27,011 nucleotides of DNA from positions 1-27,011 of the forward strand of contig CARBKU010000001.1 of assembly GCA_948946035.1 (NCBI GenBank). The letters run 5' to 3'. Shown here piece by piece: positions 1 through 12,300 of this stretch. Position numbers and translations under genes: made by a program. This DNA is from an uncultured Clostridia bacterium (GTDB lineage Bacteria; Bacillota; Clostridia; TANB77; CAG-508). The notes below the pieces were generated by a model. The model had not been told where the DNA came from. It made no database searches and saw only the letters and a list, made by a program, of their open reading frames with translations. Each line of letters begins with the position of its first letter. The first letter of the stretch is position 1.

Positions 1-134
1 ATGGTTTTGCCTTGAACATCCCTCATTTTATGGAATAAGAATTTCTAAATATTTTCCAGTTGCATTCGAATTTTAATAAATATTTATATAACAATAATTT
101 GAGACTTATAACATATAGATAAGCTGTGAATTGT

Positions 135-170
135 AACGATTTTTTTCTCCATCCCAAAATTATCGTTCCT
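135..170 (-). repeat. Solo copy of a ~33-bp REP-like unit related to the outer arm of the 13951-14258 element
   Basis: Reverse complement of 138-170 (AGGAACGATAATTTTGGGATGGAGAAAAAAATC) aligns to 13947-13979 (AGGAATGATAACTTGGGGGATGGAGGAAAAATC) at 28/34 columns by manual gapped alignment. It is bounded by the inverted half-sites AACGAT/ATCGTT. Confidence 0.55.
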
Positions 171-328
171 CCGTAGCATTAGGGCGAAAATTATTATTTA
201 AAAATAGAAATTTGAAACAATAATGTAATAGAAACTTAAAAAAAGATATAGAAAAATAGCAAAAGTAAGTTCCGTAGAAGGAAAGAAGACGAAAAATGTC
301 AAAAAATAAAATTGGAAAAAAACTGATA

Positions 329-357
329 TTGATTATTTTTTTGAAATTTTTTATATT
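329..357 (+). promoter_or_regulatory. Candidate sigma-A promoter for the giant surface protein gene
   Basis: TTGATT (329-334), 17-bp spacer, TATATT (352-357). RBS GGAG at 381-384 precedes ATG 393. The region is very AT-rich, so a chance match is possible. Confidence 0.4.
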
Positions 358-392
358 TAAAATGATAAAAAAGAAAAAAAGGAGAAAGTAGT

Positions 393-3300
393 ATGAAAGA
401 CAAAAGAAAGTATTGGATTAGAACAATATTTGTGACAATAATTATAGGTATAGCTACTGCATTGTTTTTTTCATTTGTTAATGCAGATTTAAGAAACGAG
501 TATGCTATAGATATAATTGAAAAAGAGAAAGAGAAAGAGACAGAAGAAGCAATAATTAAACAGACAATTATAGAGGAAGAGTCAAATGATAAAGAGTTAA
601 CGTATCAAATTGAGGTTAGAAATAAAGCAGAAAAGAACAATGACCAAATTGCTATTTTGTTGGATAACTCATATTCAATGGGGGAGAATGCAGACATAAA
701 TGATGTAAGACAAGTTGCAAGAAATATGGCTAATGGATTATGCAATGCAGCAAGTGTGTCTTTTTCAACTAATGATGGAGTTTGGGTATCACTTAGGAAT
801 AATGCTCTAGGTGCTGTTAATGGTTCTATAAATAGTGTATCTTTTACGAGTACAAAGAGCTTAAAAGATGGAATAAATAGTGCATATAATAGTTTTGATT
901 TAACAGATACAACTGCTATAAGAACAATTATTATTATTACAGATTCTACAGATATGGTAAAAGAAGAATATGATCACCTAAAAGATGAAAATATTAATAT
1001 AGTTACTATTACTGCTGGAATTACAAATAATATAATTGGAACACAAGAATCTCCTACATATGGTTTAATGTATATGCTTGATGATCTTGTTAGCAATGCT
1101 GATGTTGCAGTTGACTATATAATAAAGAGTCTTACAAATGTTCATGTTACAAATACTTTCACAGAAAATGTTTTGGAATATTTTGATATATCAATAGTAA
1201 ATAAGGAAAATGTTTCAATGACAGAAAACGGATTTATATGGACACCACCAACTATAGTAAAAACACATGCTACTTTAAAATATAAATTAAAATTAAAAGC
1301 AAACAAAGAAATTGATAGAAATATTTTATATAGAGATTGGTATTCAGCAGAAAGTGTAAATTTATCATATAGTATGAGAAAAAATCCAAAAACATTAGAT
1401 ATTGAAAAAACAGAAGGACCTAAATTTACAGTTTGCGAGACATATTCAGTTAGAATAAAAGCAGTAAGTTCAGAAAATAGCAATATACCTGTTAAAGGTG
1501 TAGTGTTCAATTTCTCAGAAACTGGAAGTGATAAAGTAACTACTTTAACGACAGACGATTTTGGATATATAACAATTAATAAATTAAAAAGATTAGATAC
1601 AATAGAATATCAAATAAGACCACAAGTTAACATTATAGGATATTCAAGTGAAATATCACCAAGAACGATAAAAATAAACAATGACTATTTAGGAAGAAGA
1701 GTAATAGAAATTGTAGATGCAGATGGATTAAATTATAGAGTAGATGACGACAGAAGAATTGTAGACTTCGAATTTCCAATTGAAACACAAAAATTTGACT
1801 TAGAAGTCAACCTAACAGAATTAAATAATTCTACAATACCATTAGAAGGAGTAGAATTTAGATTAATTCAACCAATAGTAAATAATAAATATGAAATGAA
1901 AGCATTATATGGAAAAACAGATAGTAATGGAAAATTAATATTTAAACCAACAATTATGACACCATCATCAGAACAAACATATGAATACATTTTGTCACAA
2001 ATGACAGAATTACCAGGATATTCTTCTATGGGAAATGTAACATTAAGAATTAAGTTTGACAATATGGGAAATATATTAGAAATTAAAAAAGTATACAATA
2101 ATAATGTAACAGCAGAATTAGTTAGTCCTAGTCATGCAGTTGTAAATATAGGAAATGAAAGTGTTCTTACAAATGGATTTAATTTTGAACTAAACTTAAC
2201 AGATGACAAAACAGGAAATGGAGTTGATGGAGCAGATTATAGTATAACAGTAATTGACTATAATGGAGCAACATACAACTATGCTAAAAACATTACATCT
2301 GATGGGGGAAAAATTAACCTAACATTACCAGGTACAGGATATGTAACAATAAAGGTAACAGAAAATTCACCAGCAACAGGATATGCAAAAGATCCTACAA
2401 GTAATGAAATATTAATACAAAGATTAGATAATAGAGTAAACCAAATTGCAACTAAGACACCAAACAACTTAGATGTAATAGCAGACTCTAATAATGACAA
2501 AGTAATTCTTAATTTAAAAACAAAATTAAGAGGGGAAAGAAATGTAGTAAAAGTAGAATTAGTAGACAAAGATGATGTAGATGGAAATGGAAATCCACTA
2601 TACTACATATCAGGTGCAGAATTAAAATTAACTAATACTGTAACAGGTAAAGAATATGCAAATGTTACAACTAATGAAAATGGAGTGGCAGAATTTATAG
2701 TTGATGATGAAGAACAAGGAAGCTATAGCTATAAAGTAGAAGCTATAAATGTACCATATGGATACAGTCCATTTGAAACACTAAAATTTAATGTGGAATT
2801 TGATAGAAACAAATATATTTGCGGTGCAAACAATGTAGATGGACCAATTGACCTTATTGAATCAAAAGTGGAATCTGATGATTACAATACATTACATACA
2901 GCTTTTGTAAGAACACATTTAACAATAGAAGCAGCAAATTCTTACTTATTTGAAATACAATTAAGAGATGCACAAACAAATGCTGGTATTGGAAATTCAA
3001 TATATGACATTGAAATTAGAGCAGGAGAATTTATAAAAACTATTAAAGCAAGACCAACAGATGCAAGTGGTAGAATATCAACACGTTTATTTATAGACAG
3101 AGAAACAACTAACTTAATAAATATTACAGCTACACAAACACAATCAGCACAACACTATAAAGCTGATGTAGTACCACAAGAAATAGCAGTAAATATTACA
3201 GATAATACAATTATACACACACCAACTGAAGTATTACCATCAGACTCAGGACTTACAAAATATGCTACTATTTCAGGTAATACAATTGTATATCATCATA

Positions 3301-6300
3301 CAAATAGAAAGAAAACACTTGATGACATTTTACTTAACTTATCTATTACAACAATTACTCAAGATGAACCAAGAGCAGCAATTGGTGGTACACAATTAGA
3401 AATTACAAGTATAGAAAGAGAAGAAATAAATGGTAATGTATTAAGTTATCCAAGTATAGTAGATCCAGAAACAAATGAAAGATTAAACAAAAAACTTGTA
3501 AGTTCTACAAACGAATTAACAATGGGAAATGCCCAATTAAATGGATTAAAAGTAAAAGATTTTGAAGGTGTAAGTTCAACATATATAGTAGGCATAAAAG
3601 TTAACAAAAGAAACGAAGTAAAATTAAAATTAACATTTGTATATAATGATAAAAATGAAATTGAATGTACTGGAGTAGAAATTTATCAAGGACAAATATT
3701 AATTCCATTTAATGGAGGAAGACAATTCTCTTCAACACAAACAAACAATGGATATGAGACAAATGTATCATTATTAATATATGCAGATTATGGTTCAACT
3801 GGTAATTTATCATTAGACTTAATCAAAAAAGGATTAGATGATAGTTCAATATTATATGGTTCTACATTTGATATAATAGTAGAAAGACCAGATGGAAGTA
3901 AGCTAATAAATACAGACCTTGAAGTAACAGATGATATAGAATATAATGGTTTATATGTACCATTAGACTCAAAAATATATATAACAGAGAAAAAAGCACC
4001 AATGGGATATTCAAAAATAGATGGTACAATTGTACTAAAAGCAAAAGAAATAGACGAATACACAAATGAAGTTACATTAGAAGTAGATTCAACTACAAAT
4101 GCTAAAGTTAAATCTAAAGTTGCATTACATAAAGGACTATCAATAGTATTAGCAAGTGGAGCTGTTCAAAGTGTATACAGTTTAGAAATGTTTGATGCTA
4201 GAGAAGATATATTTAATATACAAATAGATGCTATAGACAATAAAAATTCAGCAGAAGTAGTACCTAATGCTAAATTTAGCATAGATACTAGCAAAGGGTC
4301 TCATAAAATAACAAATGCAACAGATGCTAAAGGACAAGTTTCACAAAAAGTTGGAGGAAGATATGATGATAAAACTTCACCAGTAACATATACAATTGAA
4401 AACAGTCAAGCAGGAACATACTACAAAAAAGTAAAAGATTCAATTAAAGTACAAGTTTACTTTACAGATGAAAACGAAGTAGATACAATTGCAACTTTAG
4501 CTGGGCAAACAGATCCACATTATGTAACAAATGGAACTACTCCAGGTGACTGGTGGTTTGTAACAACAAATAAAAAAGACTCAAGAGGAAACATAATAAC
4601 AGATATTGAAATAAAAATGGTTATGGAAAAACAAGATCCATTAAAAGTGGAAATTGAAACTGTAGACAAATTCAGTAATCAAGTTATAACAACAGATATT
4701 GGATATTCAGTAAAAAACTCACTAGGATTATATGAAGGAAAATTGGACTCTAGAGTTATAAAAGCAGATGTAAAATATGTATTAACAAATGGTGTAGAAA
4801 CTTATAGTTTAGTACAAAATATTGGTGAAGGTAAATATATAGGATTAGATAATTTAACATTTACAGTGGTATATGATGCAAATGGAAACATAGATACAAC
4901 TTCACCAGTAACTACAAATAATAGTGATGTAGCAGTAGTAAGTGCAACAGGAAAAACAGTAAAATTGAGAGTATATGTAGAACCTACAGTACCAGTTACA
5001 TTTGAAAACTCAAGATATTTTGACCATAGTGTTAAATTACAAGGTGCAGAATTTGATGTAATAAGTGCAACAAATGTAACATTAGGACAAGCAACTACAG
5101 GAAGTAACGGTAAAGGTTTAGCATATGGAGGAAAATTTGGAACGTCACAAATAATAAGATATACAATAAAACAAACAAAAGCAGCAAAAGGTTATGCAAA
5201 AATAGAAGATTTCGAGATAGATGTAGAATATGGAGAAAATAGAGAAATATTATCAGCAGAATTAGTAGTACCAGATAATAGATTTGTTAGTGTAGGAAAA
5301 ATACAACCTTCTACATCAGCAAGTTATGGATATCGTGGAAATGATAAAGGAATTGTTACAATAGAAATATTTAGCTATCCAGAAATGATATTCAACATAG
5401 AAAACGTAGACAGACAAGATAACACCAAAAAATTAGCAGGAACAACTTACCAAGTAACATCTTCAATTAAAACAGGAGACAATAATGTTGTAACTGGAGA
5501 TGATGGTATAGGAAAAGCACATTTAGACAGAACAGTATTTGATAATTCTATTGTTTATACAATTAAAGAAATATCACCAGCACCTAATTATCAATCATTA
5601 TATATTTCTACACAAATAGAAGTATTCTTTGATGAAGATGGATATGTAACAAGTGCAAACATCTTAAAAAGAGATGATGTGACAAGCTTTACGATTCCAG
5701 AAGATGCTAGTGCAGAAGTGAACCCAGAAGATTTATTTAGAGTAGATATTACAATACAAAGCAATGTATTAGAAAAATTAAGTATACACAAAGTTGACAA
5801 AGAAGATTCAAACATTCCACTAAAAGATGTTGACTTTGAAATAACAGCGAGAGTATTAAAAGATACCTTAACTGGACTTACAGAAGAAGACAAAAATGAA
5901 TTAATTATAGGTAATGGTACTATGACAGATGACGATTACCTAGGAGAAGTAATTGAAAGACTAAAAATTAATCAAGATGATGTTCTTGAAATTAGAAAAG
6001 AAATTGTAGTAGAAGAATACCTAAATGAATTAGATAAAGTAGGAGCTATTACAAAAGAACAATATGACAATGTTATTGCAGGAGTAAATGGAACAGATAA
6101 AATAAATAGATTAATTGATTTAGGACTATTGAAAAAAGGTCAAAGTAATACTTTAATTAAAAATATTACTAATTTACAAGTAATTAATGTATTAATTAGT
6201 GAAGGAAAAACTACACAATTTACAGTAAATGACATATTAGAACAAGTTAAAAAATTAGTAAAAATAGATGTAGATAGAGTAACAACAGATGAAGCAGGAA

Positions 6301-9300
6301 ACGCAGTTGCACATATGGACAAAACATTGGCTAACAAAACAATAGAATATACAATAAAAGAAACAAGAAAAGCTATTGGATATGATTGGCCAGACGAAAT
6401 AATTATATTGGAAATACAATATGATTCTACAGGAAAAATGGCAGTAGATTCTACTACTGGAGAACCTATAGTTAAAAAGATATCAGGAGATATGGACATT
6501 GTTAGTAGCAATGCAGATGATTTCCAAGTTGACTTAACATTATACAATAAGCCAAGTGATGAAATTCAAATTCATATAACTGTTGAAGATGCATATGACA
6601 GAAATAAAAGATTGGAAATAGGAGAATATAATGCATATTTAACTACATCAAAATATGCAAAAGATTCAAAATATCAAGCAACACTTGCATCTAATGGAAT
6701 GGCTAGTGGACAAGTTACATCTAATACTAACTTAGGAATACAAACAACAACAACTGGTGCACATGGAGAAGATATTGCAAATTTAGGATTATATGAAGAA
6801 CCAGCAGGAACTAGAGTATTAAGAGTTGATGAAATAACAAAACCAGATAAATATTATGTAGGAAACCAAGCATATTTTAGTACATATCAAAGTATTAGAT
6901 ATCATATGTTATTTAATGTAACATTTAATGACGAAGGAAGTGTTATAGATGTAGCACCTCATAATTGGGGTGGACGAAACGAAGAAATTGGAGGATATAA
7001 TGCAGACTCAAGATATTTAAAAATTACTCATACAAGAAACACTATAGATATAACAATAAGATATTATCCAATGGTTGAAATGTCTTTACATGTACAAGAT
7101 AAATATACTAAACAACCTGTATCTGGAGAAAAATTTGTAATTTCAACATCAGATCGTACAGGAAATATAACTCCAGAAGAAGAAGTATCAGCAGGTTATA
7201 TAGGTATTAACACTGGAACATCTTATGACCAATATTATAGTAGTTCAGAAATTGCTCCAATTGACTCTAGCAAATTATATAAAGATTATACTTATAAAGG
7301 ATGTGCACCAATAGAGGCAGAAGCAAAGGATTTAAATGGAAGTGATTATAAAGTAAGAACATTCTATATATATGAACAAGCAGAACCTAGTGGATATCAA
7401 AAATATAGACCAAGACATTATTATGAATCAAGAAATGAACTAATTGGTACAATATGTGTAAAATATAATGCAGCTGGTGAAGTAGTAGAAAGTTGGATAG
7501 GTTCAGAAGTATCTCATAACAATATAAAGAGCGGATTTTTAAGTACATTAATTGTAAATAAAGGTGATAGTATAAATGATAATAAACATCATGTTGATTT
7601 AACAATTGAATATGCACCAAGAATTACAGTAACTGCTAAAGCAGAAGATAGTATAAGCCATGTAGGAATGGAAGGTGTTAAATTTGACCCATATTTAAAT
7701 CCTACAGAAGTTAGCAATACATCATATGAATATAGAACAAAATATGATTTCTATACAAATACTAATGGATATACAGATTGGACATATTGGGGAGCTAATA
7801 TAGATAATGGTTCAGCAGTATACAAGATAAAAGCTTCAAATTTAAAAGAAGGATATTTACAATCAAGTGAAGACACAACGATAGAAGTTGAGGTAACATA
7901 CAATTCAGAAGGAAAAATAGCTTCTGCTAAAGTATTAAGTAGAAATACATTTAATGATGAAAATGCATATATTGATGAAAGCTGTTATGGAACTACAGAA
8001 TTAAAACTTATATTCAAAATGGAAAGAACACTTGGATTACAAATTAATAAAGTAGATAGATATGATAATACAATTAACTTAGCGGCTAAATTTAAGATAA
8101 CATCAGATGTTGACTCTAGTATTACTAATGGTGAAGAATTTATAATTAATACTGCAAGTCAGACACCACAAGTAGCAGGAAGAATGTTAGCAGGTAAAAC
8201 AGTAGAATATACATTATCAGAAGTAGGAGTACCAGATGGATATATTGCACCAGGTAATAATTTAAAAATAAAAGTATCATACAACATGGATGGTACAGTT
8301 AAGAGTGTAAAACCAGCAGATAGCTTTACAGAAAAATATGTAACAGTTAATTACAAATGTGCAGAAGCAAGAAGTTTAAATAATACTGTAATTAAAGATT
8401 TTGAAATAACAATTACAAATGAACCAAAATTAGCTATTGAATTACAAATGTTAGATAAATTCTATAATAATATAAAATTAGAAAATGTAGAATTAATATT
8501 TACAAACAATAAAGGAGACGTTGGAGTTGGAAATTTAGTTACAAATAGTACAGGATCTATTTCAACATATGTAGGACCAGTGTATCCAAATGAAACAATT
8601 ACATATACAATAACTCAAAAAACAAAAGCATCTGGATATTATATGTTAAAAGCACCAATTAAGTTTACAGTAACATATGATGAAACAGGAAGAGCTGTAG
8701 ATATTCCAATTTTAACAGATAGCAATAGTCAAGAATATGCAAAATTGTTAGATACTGATTTAAATGTATTTAGAAATACACATACAGCAAGATTACAAGT
8801 TTACAATATGCCAGAAGATGTAAAACTTGGAATAACAAAATATAATGAATTAACTAAAGCACCATTACAAAATGTCCAATTTAAAGTAACAGTAGAAGAA
8901 AACGGAAGAACACACGACGCTGGAACTATAAACACTAACGTAAATGGTTTAGCAGTAGGAAAAATAGATACATTTATAGAAACAGCATCTGGTAGAGTAG
9001 TAACATATACAATACATGAAGTAAATCAACCAGATTCATTTAGAAGAATGCAAGATTTGGTAATAAGAGTTGTCTATGCCCCTGATGGAGGAATTACTAG
9101 TTGGCTAGAGTTGAATAATGATAGTAAATTGTCATACGACATATATGCAAGAGGAAATACTAACATAGCAAAATTGGATAACAAATATGTGCATATGAAC
9201 TTAAAAGTACCAAATAATAATTCATATGATTTAATTGTAAAAGATGAAGATTCTACATATGCTGGACTAGGAATAGAAGGAACTACATATGACGTTACAA

Positions 9301-12300
9301 TAGATGGTGAAGTTAAAAAATTATCACAAACAGATACAAATGGAAAAACAGCAATTAGAAAATTGACTAATAGTGGAAACTTTAAAATTGTAATCGCAGA
9401 AAGAACTATTGGTGAAGGTTACAGAAGAGATACTAAAAATAATATTACACTAGAAATAAAAAAAGCAGCCACAGGAGCATATAAATTAGTATTAGATACT
9501 GGAAGCATGAATGATTATGTAATTACACCAGGAACATCAGTAATACCAACAGAAAAGATTTATAATGTGCAATTAGATGCTACCACAGGAAAAACAGCTG
9601 TTGTAAAAGTTGACGAAAGTTATGGAACAATAGAAGTAGTGTTTAAAAATGAACCAATGCTAGAATTAACATTGTTAAATCAAGATTTAAATACAAAAGC
9701 TGCATTAAAAGGTGTAAAATTTGAAATTACAGCTAAAGACTTAAATACAGGTGTAATAGATATAATTACAACTGAGAAAAACAATATAACTGGTAATGAT
9801 GGAAAATTGTATTTTGACTTAGGTTCACCAATTAAAAATACAACAATAGAATATACTATAACAGAGTTAACAAAGCCAGATCCTGCTGATGTTTATACAA
9901 TTATTATGCCTCCACAAAAGGTAACAGTTGTATATGATATTTATGGAAAAATAGTGAGTATAAAACCTAATTCAGATAGTGCTTTAAGAACACAAACAAT
10001 ATTACAATATAAAAGTGAAAATAAAACAGATACAGAAAAATCAAATTGTAGAAATATGTTATTTATAGTTGGAAATGGTACTACAAGTGGTTATAAAGTA
10101 AAAGTAGTATCAGAAGATGCAACAACAGGTAAGAGAATAAATGGTTCAAAATTTGATGTCGAAGTAAAAGATGGCGCTAACCAAACATTAACATTACGTA
10201 CAGGTGGTGTTACACAAAACTTATGTACAGATGGTAAATATTATGGAGATGAAAATTTAGATTCAAAAGTAGTTGTTGAAAGAGGAATTAATAAAACTGA
10301 TAAAATAACTAAAGATGGAAAAATTTACATTAATATAGACCAAGTAGGATTTAAAGATGGATATGCTGCGGGAACACAAAGAACAAATGGTATAGTAGAA
10401 TTAACAACAAGTTTTGTTAGCAATCCTAATGGAAGTAGCGACGATTTGCTAAAAGCTACAATAGAGAATAGAGATGGATTAGAAGTTAGTGTGAATGAAA
10501 GTGCAAGAGAAATAACAATTGTTGTTAAAAATGAAAGTAGAGTGACATTAAATATTACAAAAGTAAAAACAGTAAAAGATTCTGCTGGAAATAAAAAAGA
10601 AGAAACAATTAGTGGAGCAACATTTAAAGTGACATCAGAAATATTAACAGCAACAGAGCATAAAGCAACAGACCTAAATGTTGATACTAGACCAACAGGA
10701 CAAGATGGAAAGACATCAGAATCTATAGGAGAAGCTTTAGCACAAAAAGGTGTAGTATATACTATACATGAAAATAAAATGGAAGGATATGAACAATTAG
10801 AAGATATACAAATTTATGTGCTATATGGACTAGATGGATATATTAAAGAATGTGAATTGTTAAGCAATTATACAGATGTAAGCAACGAAATGTTACAAAA
10901 ATGTATAGGAAAGAGAAAAATAGACTTAAAAGTATTTAATAGACCAATTGTAAAAGACTATAAAATAGTAGTAGAAAAACACAATGTTGTAGATGATTTA
11001 TATCCAGATTTAATACCAGGTGTTGAATTTAAAATAAAACTAGATGAAGAATTTGGAAAGAGCAAAGAGTGGAATTCAATAACAAATATAGATGGTGTTA
11101 TTACAAGTAATTATTATAGTGGTCATGGACTAATTAAAATTGAATTAACAGAAGTTAATCCTGTACCAGAAGGATACAAAGCAAATCCATATACTATGCA
11201 TGTGGTATTAAGTAGAGATGAAGCAACAGGAGAAATTAAAAAGTTAAATGCAGAACTTAATATAGATATTGATCAAGAAAATCAAGTTATATATTTAAAG
11301 CCAGTAAATAATTTTTCTGATAACACATATGCATTAACAATAGACAAAATAGATACTACAACAAACAAGATGATAGAAAATAATAGTGCTACATTTGATA
11401 TAGAAATAACTAAAGACGAATCTGTTACAGAAGAACCAGATACAGAAGTAAAACCAGATGGAGACAAAGAACCAGATACAGAAGTAAAACCAGATGGAGA
11501 TAAAGAACCAGGTACAGAGGGAGAGACAGAAAAAGAAACAGAAGCAAGCACAGAAATAGAGTCTAGTGAAAAATCAGCTAGTGATGTTAGTGAAACAACA
11601 GAAAGTCTAGAATTTAAACAAGTAATAGAGAATTTAAAAACAGACAATACTGGTAGAGTAACAAAATTAGGAACAAAATTACCAGAAGAACCTGGAACAT
11701 ATATCTTTGAAATTAAAGAAAGACAAACTCCAACAGGATATGAAAATGATCCTTCACCAATAAAATATAGAGTAGTAATCGAAAAAGATGAAGAAGAAAA
11801 TAGATATATTAAGAGTGCTGAAAAAATATCTGGAGATTATAGTTCTATATTAAAGATTGGAAAAAATGTATTTGCAATAAGAGTTGGAAATATAGCAGAA
11901 GATGACATTCTAAGCAAAGATGAATTTAAAATAGATATTACCAAAGTAGACAAAGATGAGAAAACAATTACAGGTGATGCAATATTCAAAATTACTGCAC
12001 CAGATGGAAAAGAACAATATATTCCAACAGAAGATGGTAAAATCTACTTAAGAAAATTAAAAATGCCATCAGAAGAAGGAACTATAGAGTATAAAATTCA
12101 AGAAATAATGCCACCAGAAGGATATAAATTAGATAGAACAGAAAAGACATTAAAAATTAAATTTGTTAAAGATGTAACAACTACAGGAGCAGAAACTAAA
12201 TTAAAAATTGAAAGTGCTGAAATTGTAGGAGAAAACGCAAAAATAACACAAAATAGCGATTCTAGTATTTCAATTAATATTAAAAACGAAGAAGGTACAA

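Noticed and set aside
1..20. Minus-strand AAGGCAAAACCAT resembling the 5' start of a c-di-GMP-I riboswitch
   Set aside because: It is cut off by the window edge, so the diagnostic GAAA loop and GACGCAAA segment cannot be seen. Upstream sequence and an Rfam search would be needed.
2..76. Open frame WFCLEHPSFYGIRISKYFPVAFEF-stop as the 3' end of an upstream gene
   Set aside because: Too short, T-rich unlike the + strand genes here, and without a recognisable motif.
11431..11520. 36-bp direct repeats as a CRISPR array
   Set aside because: The repeats are contiguous with no spacers, lie in frame within a CDS, and no cas genes are present.
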